From NCBI GenBank assembly GCA_904063045.1, contig CAJFCJ010000015.1:744001-808000 (forward strand): a stretch of 64,000 nt of DNA, given 5' to 3'. Position numbers and translations under genes: made by a program. This stretch comes from Dimorphilus gyrociliatus. Taxonomy: Eukaryota > Animalia > Annelida. This document shows, in pieces, positions 51,204 through 64,000 of this stretch; position 1 is the first letter of the stretch; the number at the start of each line of letters is the position of its first letter. The notes under the pieces were generated by a model. It did no database searches. It was not told the DNA's origin and saw only the letters and a list, made by a program, of their open reading frames with translations.

Positions 51204-51213
51204 TGCGCATGCG
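51204..51213. promoter_or_regulatory. NRF1-like motif TGCGCATGCG in the EHMT-like/peroxidase divergent promoter
   Basis: First 10 bases of the TGCGCATGCGCA palindrome, in a 405-bp head-to-head interval. Confidence 0.4.
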
Positions 51214-51462
51214 TAAACCACCAAATAACTAGTATTTCATAAAGTGAATATTTCATGATATAAATTAACTTTAATATTTATTTATTGTTAAAAATTTCAA
51301 AAAGGTCACATCATATCTGTAATTTCTATATTGTTCATAGTTCTTTTTATTTATGTAACCCCAGGTCTGAAAAAAAAAACAAGTACTCTAGAAATGACAC
51401 TACTCGTTAAGCAGAACTAGCTTTAGTAAGTTACAAATCTCACTCAGTGGTGTAGAGCAGTC

Positions 51463-54258
51463 ATGAGAGGGTAAATATTTAATACATTGGTTTTAATGTT
51501 CATTTTATTGAATTTAACTTTTCCCTTCCTTTTCATAATTTCAACAGATTAAACGTAGTGTTGACCGTAGCTTTGTCGATAGTCTCGGTTTTCACAAGCA
51601 AAGCTGAAGATGAAATGTTTAAAGAAGCTTTAAAGGATTGGAAAAGAAAAATTGAGAGAGATACAAAGCAGGCGTTAGGTTCAGAATATCACAATGGTTG
51701 TATCTTTCCAAATGGTATGGAATATGGTAGTTTGGTTGGGGAGTCTGGTTATCTTCTTGAGCATATTGCAAAATATAAGAAACAGTAATTGATTTAAATA
51801 CTGTATATTCGAAAAAAATAATCTACATAACTTTTTATATCTACTTTAGAAAGTATGGTCATTATTCGCGGAGAGATAGACCACTTCCACGCACCAATCA
51901 TAAATTAGAACCAGATGCCCCGTTCCTACATCCTATTCCTAATACCTGTCCTTGGCCCGAGTACAACTGTGACCCTAATAGCTTTTACAGGTAGTATATT
52001 GTATACAACATCAGATTGAACAAAATATTTAATTAATTATATTAATATTAGGAGTTTTAGCGGAGCTTGTAATAATTTGAGATATCCAATCATTGGACGG
52101 TCATTTACACCTCTTAGAAGATTTCTACCCTCAGATTTCGGCGATTGTAAGTTCAAACAGTTACCAACGAAATGTATGAAATAGCTTGTTATCTGATAAA
52201 TAATTTTATATCTAAATAGCTATTAGCTCTCTGAGGACTGGTAAAAACAATAAACCTTTGCCTTCCGCTCGACTTGTTAGTCTTACTATTCATCAACAAT
52301 CTAATGATACAAAGCATAATAAGTTTTTGACTTGCGCTATAATGAATTATGGACAATTTTTGGATCATGATTTATCTTTTACGGCTACTGCAAAAATTAC
52401 GGTAGGAGAGAAAAAGATTAATCCGGATTGTGGAGAAAGTTTTTGCGAAACAGTTTTAGAAGAATGCGAACCAATTACAATTCCAAACGATGATCCAATT
52501 TTTAAACCTTCAAGATGTTTAAAGTTTATACGTTCGCAAGAGAGTCCAAATTTGGCCTGTTCAATTGGACCAAGGGAACACGTTAATCAACTATCAAGCT
52601 ATATTGACGCGTCAAACGTTTACGGTTCGACGAAGCAGCAAGCAGATGCTTTAAGAAATTTTGATGATGATGGCACTTTAAGATCAACACCAACAACAGG
52701 TCACCACCATTTGCCAATAGGGAATCTAGATAAATCTTGCAAGAGCTTCAATAATGATAAAGAAATGTGTTTCGATGCTGGTGACGTAAGAGCTAACGAA
52801 CAGGTTTTGCTCATCAGCCATCATACATTATTTATGAGACATCATAATTATTTAGCGAAAGGATTGAAATATGTCAACCCCTCTTGGTCGGGAGAAAAAG
52901 TATTCCAAGAAGCTAGAAAGATTATGGGGGCTATTATGCAAATAGTGGCCTATGATGAATACTTACCAGCTATCTTAGGAAAAGATCATATGGCTAAATA
53001 TGAATTGAATTTGGCACCCGCAAAAGAGTATTATTATGGTTATACTTCGAAAGTTGACCCGTCGATTAGAACTGAATTTTCAACAGCTGCCTTTAGGTTT
53101 GGTCATGCTCAAATTCCAAATCACCTAACTATAAACAACACTAATATAGAATATTCAAGGGTTAGAGTTTAATTAATAACACAGACAAGCAGATACAAAC
53201 AATATTTCAATATTATTACTTGTTTTATAGCTCTTCTTTCAACCAACAAAATCTGTACATTTAGGACAAGGTAACCTTTTAAAAGCGTCTATTGAGAACG
53301 ACCTTAAGAATGCTGATAGAGTTTTTTCAAAAATAATCTCGAGTCATATGTTTACTGCTAATCCACCTTTTGGTACTGGAACTGATCTGCCGTCGTTAAA
53401 TATTCAAAGGGGTCGCGATCATGGTATACCAGGTAGGATGCGAATATTTTTTAGTTGAATCCCTATCTATAGTTTCTTTCATACGTTTGATCTTCTATAG
53501 GCTATAATGAATACAGAGATTTCTGCGGTTTGTCTAGAGCTTATTCCTTTAACGGACTTGTAGATATTCCACCGAGTATTCGTACGAAATTTTCGCAAAT
53601 TTACGAGTAAACTCCTTCTTTACATTTAAAGTCATTGCACATTTATTTTCTAATTATTCAATTTGTTTTGAAATAGCCATGTCGATGATATTGATTTATT
53701 CGCTGGAGCAATGAGCGAAGTTTTGGTAGAAGGTTCTCAAGTAGGACCAACTTTTCAGTGCATTATTGGTAGACAGTTTAAAATGCTGAGGAAAGGTGAT
53801 AGATTCTGGCACGAAAATCCAGGTCAATTTACTATGCGTAAGTAACTTTTGAAAATAAAAGCGTTCTTCACTACAATACCATATTAAGAGAATATCTATA
53901 ATTTTGTTCATATGTATCAATTATATTTTTACTATTGTAGCCCAATTAACTGCTTTGCGAAAGGTTAAATTGTCAAGTATTTTGTGCGCAAATACGAATA
54001 TTGTTGAAATTCAACCCGAAGTCTTTAAGAAACCTATTAGACAAGTCTTCCCAGATATTCAGTAAATATATATGTTTTTTGTTTATAATTTGTATTAAAT
54101 AATGCATGCAAATTTTTAGGGAGTTAATCGACTATGTCATGAGCGAAGGAAAAGAGCTATCAGAATATAAGCTACTGTGGGATTTGAACTATAACGCGGT
54201 TGTTGATTGTAACATTATTCCAGCTTTCGACTTCACACCGTGGGCAGATGGAGCTTAA
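51463..54258 (+). CDS. Secreted animal heme peroxidase (peroxidase-cyclooxygenase family, peroxidasin-like catalytic domain only), multi-exon
   Basis: Signal peptide MRGLNVVLTVALSIVSVFTSKA. YRSFSGACNNL, LPSARLVS, distal GQFLDHD, GDVRANEQ, proximal AFRFGH, NIQRGRDHG, GDRFWHEN. The heme-linking Asp and Glu are present; the MPO Met position is Gln. Confidence 0.92.
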
Positions 54259-54409
54259 TTCGGATTCTTTCTTATTTCTGACCGCAAAGTGTGCTTTAAC
54301 CTCTTTTCATTTTTACTAAATTCAATGTAAAAATAAAAGACCAAAGAAAATACTTCTTTCAAAAAATTTATTTTATTATTTTGCTTTACATCTTACAATA
54401 GTTTCGATA

Positions 54410-57400
54410 TTACCAACATCCACGTCGGAATGGTTTTCTATATGGCCGACTGAAGTTGCGACGATTGTCGTATGGCCTTCTGATAAACTCACAGCTTCTT
54501 CCTCTAAAAGGGTTTCTAAAATTCGCATCTGGTAACAAAGGTACACTATGATTTGGCGATATATTATCGCTTTCAGCCCCCCTTGAGATTAAATGTTCGT
54601 TTGGTAAACGTGACACTTCTGATTCAGAATTTTCTGGAAACTGGAATTGTACTTCAGACTTCTGAGGAAATTGAGCAATATCAGGGCGAAAGTTTATGCG
54701 AGATCCTTGACCTGGGGGATATCTCCATGCACCTTGTTGATCTCTTTGACCTCTATTTCTTGGCCAAGATTGGTAGTGTCTGTAACAGCCTCGCTTTAGA
54801 GTGTGATCCATTGGAGTTTGTAAAGGTATACGAGTTTGATTTATTTTATTATCAGCATGGGAAGTTACAGACTCTCTTCTAAACAATTTTCGAGCCAGAT
54901 TAAGTAATTTTTGATGAGAAACATTGTCATACACAGCATTCTCAGGATTTGATGCTATTCTTATAATCAAAGATTCAATGGCTGGTCGTAAAGCAGTTAT
55001 CTTTGCAGCAACTGTAGTTTTAATTTTCACTCTAATCCAATCATCTAGTAAAACGTTTTCTTCCCCCCAAGCTTTCACTGAACGAACACATAGCAACAAT
55101 AGATGTATGGGAGTAACCATAGTCATTTGTTTGCATGATACTGCTTTTGTTCTAATCTTCTCTCCAAACACAAAAAATGGTGAGGAAGGTACCAGATCAT
55201 CTTGAACGCAGTTTACGGATGATTTATGTATGAGAGCTGATTTATTTTCGGTTGTAATTACTTGCCGTCTTTTCTTATAAACACAAACGTTGGGATAAAC
55301 AGCATAAGCCAAAAAGGCGGTAACTGTATCCAAATTTTCGTCAGGGCCATATGGATTTATATCTACTGAATTAAAACTTTCCTCGGAAAACCCGCTGTTT
55401 ATAAGAATATCAATAAGTTGTTGTTTTGCTTCAGAAGCCATTCTTAAATTTCCAATATTCAAAGATTTATATTCACAAAAAGATGACTCTTCTTGTTCCC
55501 CATTTAAGCATGCCTGATACCATAGATCGTAAGCTTTCAGTAAGGCGACATGATCACTAAATCTATCCCCCGCCATACTTCTATGTTGATTGAGTAATTT
55601 TCCTTTTCTTTGGGGTGGAATAATGAATGGCTCTGGAAAAGTGCTCATAGCTGCAATTGTGCATGCCATGTCAGTGCAAGAAAAAGCGCAACAATACATA
55701 ATCATTACTCCTAGCCGAGGTTCTATTGGCAGGCGAGCAAGTATTCGACCCAGAGGGGTTAACTCACATTTAGAATCAAGAGCCTTCAGGTTTTTTAAAA
55801 CAACTTCCGCCTCAATGACCGTATCTATCGATGGTGGTTCTACGGTTTTCGCTAGAAAAGTACCAATTGATCCTAAGCGTAATAGCTTAATACTCAAAGC
55901 AATTTCATGTAAGGGAGTTCGCAATATTTCTGGAATTGAATGCTCGTCCAAATGGAAAAATCTTGCCTTCGTGCAAAGAACAAAACACTTTCCCGGCCTA
56001 ACTCTGCCCGCTCTTCCCCGACGTTGCTCTAAACTAGTTCTAGAGGCCCATACGGTTGTATAGTTTGTCATATTATTGTGAGTTGTAAACAGTTTCCTTT
56101 TCACTTTGCAAGAATCTATTACAAAACTGACATCATCGATTGTTATTGAAGTCTCAGCAATATTCGTAGATAAAATAATTTTCGTAACACCATCATTAAC
56201 ATGCTCAAAAACTTTTCTCTGATCTTCCCTTGGTACCTGAGAATGTAATGGAAGAATAATATAATTACTGCTACCAAACGTCGCGTGTTGCTGAAGATAT
56301 TTTTGAAGCATGACTATCCAATTCCAACCAGGCAAAAAAACAAGAATAGATCCAGGTATATTTAAACTCTTGATATGTATGAGCAAAGATTCAAAGAGTT
56401 CTACGGATATCTCTCTTTCACTTAACAAGGAAACGCTCTTTCGAGTTTCTGCACTATATTCTTCTGAAACTTTTAAATTCATATTTTCCGGATCTTCACG
56501 CCCCAAAACTAAATTGTCTTCGTCATCGTCATCCTCTCCAACGGGTAAAAATGAATTTGGCCTCTTTCGTTTTTTTGTTCGAAAAGTATCAGGTGTTGGC
56601 TTGAAATTCAACATTTCCACAATATCCTCGAGGAAATATCTTGTTACTGGATGTTGGCGACCATGAACCTGAACAATTTCCACTGAGCCAAAATAATCCG
56701 TAAAAAGTGAAGTGTCAACTGTTGCCGACATTAATACGACTCGTAACTGTGGATAGGATCTAACCATATCCCTCAAGATAACTAATAAAAAATCAGTATT
56801 TAAGTCTCTTTCATGAATTTCATCAACAAATACATGAGAAATTCCTCGCATGCCATTCTCGAGCTTACGCAATAGACTTCCTATGGTGCAATATAGCATA
56901 CTTCCAAATGGCCTTGGTAATACTGATTCGAAGCGTACACTATATCCAACAGATGTACCTAAAGTTTCGCACCTTTCATAGCTAACTCTTTCAGCTATTG
57001 ATATAGCACTAATCCTTCTAGGTTGAGTTATAACAATGTTGCAAGAACAACCTTTACCCATTTTAATAAAATGTTCCAAAACATATTGAGGTATTTGAGT
57101 TGTTTTTCCAGAACCGGTTTCTCCCCTAATCAAAACAACAGAATTCTTTTCTATTTTGTCAATAATTACATCTTTTAAAGAGTGTACGGGTAGTTGTTCA
57201 CGAAATTTTTTCCTCCTGCCAAACTCCGCTTCTGTTTGCTGTTCATGAAAGTCATTTAGTAAATCCAAGCTGATTGAGTCTAAATTTTTATGGGCTAGGG
57301 GGCCTTCGTCAATATTCATTGCTTTCCAGGCATTCCAATTCCTTTGAGGGGGTGACCATTGCACAGTTCCGTTAGAGAAAGGTTCATCTACTTCTTCGAA

Positions 57401-58410
57401 TGAATCTACAACTACATCACTTATCAATTGCGACGGAGTATCTTCAGAGAGTCCAACATCTTGAGGTGTTATATTAAACGAAGAAAGAACCTCGTCGATC
57501 TCAGCTTCTAATTCTTCTGATATTTTCATTTCGTACGGTAGAATTTCCATTGTCGTACATTTCTTCTTCTCACCATCATATTGTTCAATAATACCGAAAT
57601 GAAATAGTTGACGCACAAGAGACAGAGCGCAATTTTTCGAAGCTATTTGCTTGTTAGAGCCATGCTCTCTTCCAATAAGGCTTCTTCCCAATTTACTTAT
57701 GTAAATCTTCATTTCAGCTATAAAACTCCTGTGTTAAAATAAAATTATGATTGTTCTTTTTTTCGAACGTTTTTCTAGAGGAACGTCAACATACAGCACA
57801 TATATTGGACAACATTTTTTATATACCTATTATGATCTGGCCCCAGAGTTGAGTACTGATAATCAGCTTTAATGTGATTTTTTTGAAAATATTCATTTAA
57901 TCTCGATTTAGCATTATCCATTGTCCAGTTACCGTGAATTGCAGCCGTTAAGTCAACTTCTTCATTGGCTTCAACGTTCTTTTTATTTTGTAAAGCCATT
58001 AAATAACTAGACGGTACATCAGTCTTTTCACTATTTAAATTACTTAAATTACAATCGGTAGATTCCGCTGATCGAGAAGAATGGGGGTTTTGTGAATCGA
58101 TTTGGAGAGCTCCATTTGAAGAGTGTGCAGAATTGGTACTTCTATTTGGCCTGGCTATTGAAGATACTTCAATTTCCGAAATTTCGCTTAAACGTACAAG
58201 AAAATTAATAAAATCATCCGCTGCATTACTTTGAGCATCTTTTTTATTCGTAGAATTCCCAATTCCAATATAATCATAACCTTGAACTTTTAATTCGCAA
58301 GTAAAACGCTGTCTATGCTTACTACCGGATGCTCTATACTGATACTGAGGGCTTAACTTCTTCTTCTGCATAAGCCATGTATGCAAAAATTGCTTGACGT
58401 TTTCTCCCAT
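54410..58410 (-). CDS. DHX9: RNA helicase A / DHX9 (two dsRBDs plus DExH helicase), 2 exons
   Basis: dsRBD1 [24 protein letters not shown]; dsRBD2 joined across one intron (PDHNR|[28 protein letters not shown]). [29 protein letters not shown]. Confidence 0.95.
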
Positions 58411-58908
58411 GGCTTCTGTCGATATAGTTAATGATGAAAGGCTATTTGCCTAATCATTGAGAGAAGATGCTATTGAACTGCATAGCCCTATAAGTAGCAA
58501 ACTCGAATGGCCGTCGATTTAAGTCTTTGAGGATCGATTCGCGAAATTTATACCAGGTTTCGTTCAATAATACTTCTTTTTTAAAGAAACTCAAAGAGAA
58601 TCTGTAACTTATTATTTAATATTTAACATAATATTTTTTAATAAGAAAAGTATCCGTTTAAATCGCTATCATAATGAGAATTCAAAATTTTTCAATTAGA
58701 CGAAATATTCAAAAAGTAACACTGAAGGTGAAGGTGAAGGACAAACATTAGAAGTCAAGTCGTGGTTTAGAAAATTGCTCATATTTTATAATCGTTTTGT
58801 AATACAGCCGATATGATACCTGTTTGTAGCACAATTGCATAAAATATAATAATCCATAAGTTTCATTTACAATTTAATAGAGATAGTATTTCTTTTTAAA
58901 TCTTTAGA

Positions 58909-59684
58909 CTCGGCAAATATTACAATCTACTGCTGGAAAAGCTTTAAATATTCACAGAATGGCCGTTAACTCGGTCGCATCAAAATTGAACAGTCGTCAA
59001 CCTTCACACTCGTTAAGAAATATACAATTGATTAAGTGGTCTCCCATAATATCGCCATCGTTATCTCTGGAGCAATTGGACTCAATGTTTAACTCGCAAA
59101 ATTCTTGCTTATTTTCCACTGAAGTAAATTCGACCGGACCATCGCAAAAATCTGATAAAAACCTAGCTCATTTACACGCTATAAGAGAAATTCTAGTTGA
59201 TCAACTACCAACAATGTTTATTAGACCCCAGGAATATGGAGCCTATGCATTAGATGTGATATTTGAAAATAATTATTGGAATCAGTCTTATAAAACAGTA
59301 GGTATTAAAAGTTATGTTTGGGAGATGGCCAAGATAAGGATCTATGGTCACTTCAAATTTGCAAATATCAAAACTCATTTATTACGCGTAACGATACACG
59401 AAGGAGAAAAAGCTATTCGTATAAGGTGGAGAATAACTGGAGTGCCTCAGACACGTGTTTTTCTTCAGTTTTATAAATTTCTTCCCGGTAGTAAATATTC
59501 AAGGGAAAGAGATGATGAATCTAACTGGTTTGACGGGGTATCGACATTTTTTTTGAATGAAAAAGGTGACATTCAGCAACACACGGTTGACAGAGTTGAA
59601 AGGGATACAGAAGGAGCAAAAGATGGAAGTGTTTTGAATACGCTGAAGAAGTTGGCATCACAGTCAAGTGTAAACCCAACGTGA
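58909..59684 (+). CDS. C6orf136: C6orf136 (DUF2358-like) homologue; 5' exon not identified
   Basis: LVDQLPTMF..QEYGAY..DVIFENN..IRWRITGVP..FLQFYK..FDGVSTFFLNEKG.IQQHTVDRV matches the C6orf136 pattern. An in-frame acceptor at 58908 lies upstream of the ATG at 58959. Confidence 0.75.
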
Positions 59685-59840
59685 CAGAAATCATTCAAAA
59701 TTCATTATGTATATTTTACAATCTCTAATAATTTAAGTTGACTTAAATTGAAAAAAAAAAAATAATCAATAATAACCGTAGTTAAATTAGTTAATTGTCT
59801 GCCGAAGAGAAAAATACCTAAAAACACCCTTGAAACTTAT

Positions 59841-62800
59841 TTACAGTACATCTAGTCCACTGCTTCTTTCATCTTCTTCTTCGTCGTCGTCGTCGTCATC
59901 GTCGTCGTCGTCGTCGTCCTCATCATTTGCATCCGTGGAGGTAGTTTCGACAGGAAATTTCGATAGAATATTTTGAATTAGGCTTCGTACGCTTTTTAAT
60001 TCTGCGTCCTTTGCCGATTCTTTTCTCTTTTTAACTTCTGGCTCGTCATCTTTACTTTCGCGCCTTCTGGGTGGAGATAGAGAATTATGATCACTACTAG
60101 ATGAAGATGTTTTACGCCTCTTCCGCGGAACTTCCGTTTCTGTCAGAGAATCTAAGATAAAAAAAAACAGATTAGTATTTACATTAGTATTTTAGTAAAA
60201 TAGAATTTTAGTACCTTTCTCTTCATCCGTTTCGTCAGCCGAGCTATTTTCAGATTTTTCATAAAATAGATAATCTAATTTTCTAATGGCGTCAATTAAA
60301 TCGACAGGAAATATATTATCTTTATTCACTTGCGTTCTTTCCAGAACAGATAAGATAAGATCAATGGCTCTGACGTCACCTTCAATGTGGAGTAAATCAG
60401 ATAGCTCGATACGGTTACGTGCGGCTATCGCCATTATTTTAGGCATATACTCATCCAGTAGAGTAGGCTTCCTTTCAAACATGGGTTTGATAAATTCGTA
60501 AAGTACCACTTTGCAGAAATCGTAAATGGGTGGTAAAGCAAGGGATTTCGGATATTTACAGAGAACCAAAAATAAATAATCGGTTACTTCTATATCACAC
60601 AATCGTAATTGTTTCATAGCCATTTCACTAGCGTTTGATGAAGATTTAAAAATATCTCTCCAAACTCTTGCATAGGTTGTAGAGTGAAGTGGTGCACCAT
60701 CACATCCAGCTAAGCTACTCAATCTAGCTACCTCCTTAGTTAGACAACTTGCATTAATTGCGACTCGAACCAACAAGTCCATAACTGAATAGAATGATTC
60801 AAAATACTGCTCTAATTTTGCGTCGTACTCTTTATCTAAGCCTTTTTCTGCTTCTAAATACTTTGGACAGAATCTCATGGCAAAATGTGCTCTAACAGTA
60901 CGCTTTTCTTGACCTTTAAACGTTCTAGATGGCCAATATTGACCCATTGGTGGGTGAGGCTGTGGTAATTTTTCCATTTCTTTTAGTAGGACGCTCGTCA
61001 TTTGCTTAACAGCTTCTACTTGATAGTTCAATAGCATCTGTTTAAGAACGCTGATTGTAGCTGATCGTAATTCATGAGAGGCGTGAGCATTCAACAAAGT
61101 GACCAAGCGCGGTAGAATATCAGCGTTTTGAGGCCATTTTCGATGAATCCTTGAATTTTTGAAAGAGTGCGTATGTGCAATCTTCAATAATGGCTCCAGA
61201 CATTCTAAAACGTCTATTAAATCGGGTAGGACGTTACAGGCAGTTGCTTCGTAGTACATCTTATGTAGAGAGCAAATACTTTGAAACAATTTGGGTATAG
61301 CTTGATTTTCGACAGCTAAGATTTTTTCCCTATCCGTATGTACCAAAGTTCTTATGACAAAAGTTATAACAGACCAATGACAACAAGGATCAATCTTTTC
61401 AATCAATTGCTTAGCACAATCTTCTCTAAATCGATTAACATCTTCGATATCTTCTTCGGTATATTCTGGATATTTTGAACCCAAGAAACGCATGATTTCA
61501 TGTAATTCATTTATGGTTCTTGCATATTTAGCTGGATAAGGTAAAATATTTTTGAAAGCCCAAGCTAGATTTTCATGAAAGGCTAAGTGTCTAGCAAACT
61601 TCCTTGAATGTTTGCAACACATTCGAAGAAGCCCGTAGAAGGTGGGTAAAGATGAAGCATTGTAACGAATCGTCTCTGGATCTTCGTGATCGGCCAGAAT
61701 ATAATTAAATGGAATATTTTTAACAAATGTTTCACAGTCAGTTAATGTTTGAAGATTATCAGTACAATCAACGCATGCATTATGAAGGAATTGAAATATT
61801 CCTTGTTTTGTCATAGAGCAGGAACAAGATGCTTGAGGATTATTTGAATTGTGGGTTAATCGGGGATAATAGATATTCCATGCTTCTATTAGGTAATTTT
61901 TGCATATCATTTGTTCGGCTTTCGAAAATAACAGCATTGCTATGGCGTTAAAATAGTTGTTTAACAAATTAGCGCCGTGAGAGACGGGGTCGTAATATTT
62001 ATTAACATCTGATAGAAGAGATAAAGCGTATTCCAAAACGTCATGAAGTTCTTTGCGAATTTCTTGTGGTAGATTTACGTCTCTCAACAAGGCGAAATTA
62101 TGAATTATCCTATGAACAGTCTTTGGTGATAAAGGAGATGGGAATGAACTATATCGATATTGATGCAATGGCGCCAGCCTTATAAATAGACAGTACGCAA
62201 AATTTCTAACCTTCAAATCAGGATTTATAACCAAATAATTCCAAACCCAATCCGACATTCTATTTTTAACGAATAATCTAATAGTTTCAATTTTTGGCAC
62301 CATTTCACCGAACCACTCAAGTACATGTATGGGGCTTTCTGATAACTTTGACCATAAAACATTTTGGACAGCCGCCTCACACTCTTCCTGTTCAGATAAT
62401 AAGCTTAACATTTTTGAAAAAGGGCCAGAAATTCTTTGTTTCATTCCTGTCATTCCGTTTACTAATGTTTTTATTACCCGGTTTACGAGGTCTTCGTCAC
62501 CCTGAACCAAAGACAAGATCAATTTTAAAATATGCCGACCGTTTGCCCCATCTCTGATAACTCGGCTTAAAAATATGAAATCCTCTTGGTAAAGTGCTTT
62601 AGTATCGCTATCGGTTAGGGTTAGTTGAGAGTCTAATTCTTCGCGGCTATCGTCGACGAGCATCACAGTTAAAAGAACCATATTATCTAGAGAGGATAAT
62701 CGCTCTCGTTCATCTTCTTCGTCATCGTCCTCATCACTAGAATGTACTTCCATAATATCTGGCGAGATTAGTGGCAAATTTGGTCCTATAATGTCGTTGG

Positions 62801-64000
62801 AAGGCTTCTTTGTTGCCCTTTGAGCTGATCTTCTCAAGTAAAAATCAACGCAGTGAGAAATTGCGCAATTTTTCCTCATAAATTCTGCTTCTATAGGCCC
62901 AAGACGAACAAAATCGATAACCAAAGCAAAATATTGGCTCATATGTTTGCAATAAGTAGCATTTTTTACGTGTAATAATTCTAAAAGACTAAGTAGGAAT
63001 TTCGCTAAATTTGATTCTCTGTCATCTGAAGATATTAAACGTTGTTCAGGCATTTTAGCAACATGAACGACAAGTCTTTGAAATATTTCCCTAGTGATAT
63101 TGTTCGGACATTTTAATAAAATTTGCTTAGGCCACCTCATATCATCTTCAACAAGAGTAACAAAAAACCAATCCGATGTTTGCAAGCTCCTCGTTAAATG
63201 TGAGCTCAAAGCTTCTACCCATTTCATCATGTAGGTCTTTTCCCTTGCGTGTAGAAGAATATCCATTACAAAAGTACATAATAAACGAGCAAGAGATATG
63301 TTTAATTTTGTGCTAGATGGAATAGTATGAGCAACAGTCGTGCACATATCTTGTACAAATTGAAAGTATCGAGTATCAAACAAATGCTTTTCTCTTAAAA
63401 ATTTCATGTTATCTTCCCAGATCCAATCGGCCAGCTCAGAGCTTAGTTCAACTTGACACTTTTCAACTGGAGCATTCGGTAGAATACGTTCATAAAATAG
63501 CATATAAGCGCTATTTGATTTTTCGTATGATAGATCCATATATTTTTCATGTACGGAGTCATATGTCTTACTAGTCATATGACCACCAAAGCATTCGCTT
63601 GCCATATGTGCTTGATCCCATGGTTTTACTTCGGAATCGTTAAACATAAACCAAGCAGGAGATGATGGATATAAGTTGCTTTCGTCGCTTTTTTCTCTAC
63701 ATTTATCTCTGATAAATGAGTAATAATGACCTCCTTCAGCATTTCCCGTATGAACAGTTACTCCAACTAGCTCAAATTCAAAATTTTCAGTATCTAATGG
63801 ATGTCCATCGTTTTCACCAGTTGTTGAATTCATTAAATTACATTCCATGTATCTAGACATATCCATTTTCATCGGAAATGAGAAATGAGTATTTATCTTT
63901 TCTTTAGTCATCGTTAACATATTAAATGTATATCGCATTATGTTAAAGCATAAGTATCTAGGCAGGGTTCTAAAACAAGCTCGCTTTTCCGCCCTTACTT
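59841..64000 (-). CDS. USP34: Ubiquitin-specific protease 34, 5'-partial (continues beyond the window)
   Basis: KRACFRTLPRYLCFNIMRYTFNMLTMTKEKINTHFSFP; His box GVTVHTGNAEGGHYYSFI; FNDSEVKP..ASECFGG..SYEKSNSAYMLFYER; NYILADHED..RYN. One intron at about 60153-60213 precedes an acidic last exon ending at the stop at 59841. Confidence 0.92.
59870..59925 (-). repeat. Coding (GAC/GAT)n trinucleotide repeat giving poly-Asp at the USP34 C-terminus
   Basis: Forward strand tcgtcgtcg... translates on the minus strand as DEDDDDDDDDDDDDEEDE. Confidence 0.9.

Noticed and set aside
51447-51460. tRNA A-box-like GTGGTGTAGAGC
   Set aside because: No T-loop (GTTC), acceptor stem or cloverleaf; it lies in the peroxidase 5'UTR.
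48660-59684. Proto-MHC-like synteny (EHMT, C6orf136 and a DEAH helicase)
   Set aside because: The helicase is DHX9, not DHX16, and the other neighbours map to unrelated human regions; three genes are too few.

Overview
An AT-rich, very gene-dense animal genomic window with spliceosomal GT-AG introns of mostly about 50-90 nt and 18 protein-coding genes in 64 kb. In order: POLR1B (5'-partial, +), creatine kinase (-), an intronless P-loop ATPase (-), a Mieap/SPATA18-C-terminal-domain gene (-), a ~3,200-aa HELZ2-like helicase/RNB nuclease with a ZC3H7-like N-terminus (-), FASN (+), a coiled-coil + Death-domain gene (+), a universal stress protein (-), RBBP8/CtIP (+), a PLPP lipid phosphatase (+), GNPNAT1 (-), NPRL3 (+), KAT2/Gcn5 (-), a G9a/GLP-like gene (-), a secreted heme peroxidase (+), DHX9 (-), a C6orf136 homologue (+) and USP34 (5'-partial, -). 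Creatine kinase, a USP gene and tiny introns together suggest a compact-genome lophotrochozoan such as an annelid; this is inference only. No rRNA, tRNA, CRISPR array or intact mobile element could be supported. The most notable observations are: (1) the EHMT-like gene has lost essentially every SET catalytic and SAM-binding motif and the whole post-SET region, so it looks like a pseudo-methyltransferase; (2) the helicase fuses a TPR/CCCH ZC3H7-like module to HELZ2 and keeps an intact RNB active site; (3) an intronless STAND-like ATPase of a type I associate with fungi, a possible horizontal transfer; (4) a CtIP carrying a canonical UIM; (5) an unnamed coiled-coil/Death-domain adaptor; (6) an isolated G-quadruplex island; (7) recurrent CTCF-like motifs next to promoters; (8) 5'-biased intron retention. 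Exon boundaries were read by eye and are approximate. Homology calls come from recognising motifs, not from database searches.
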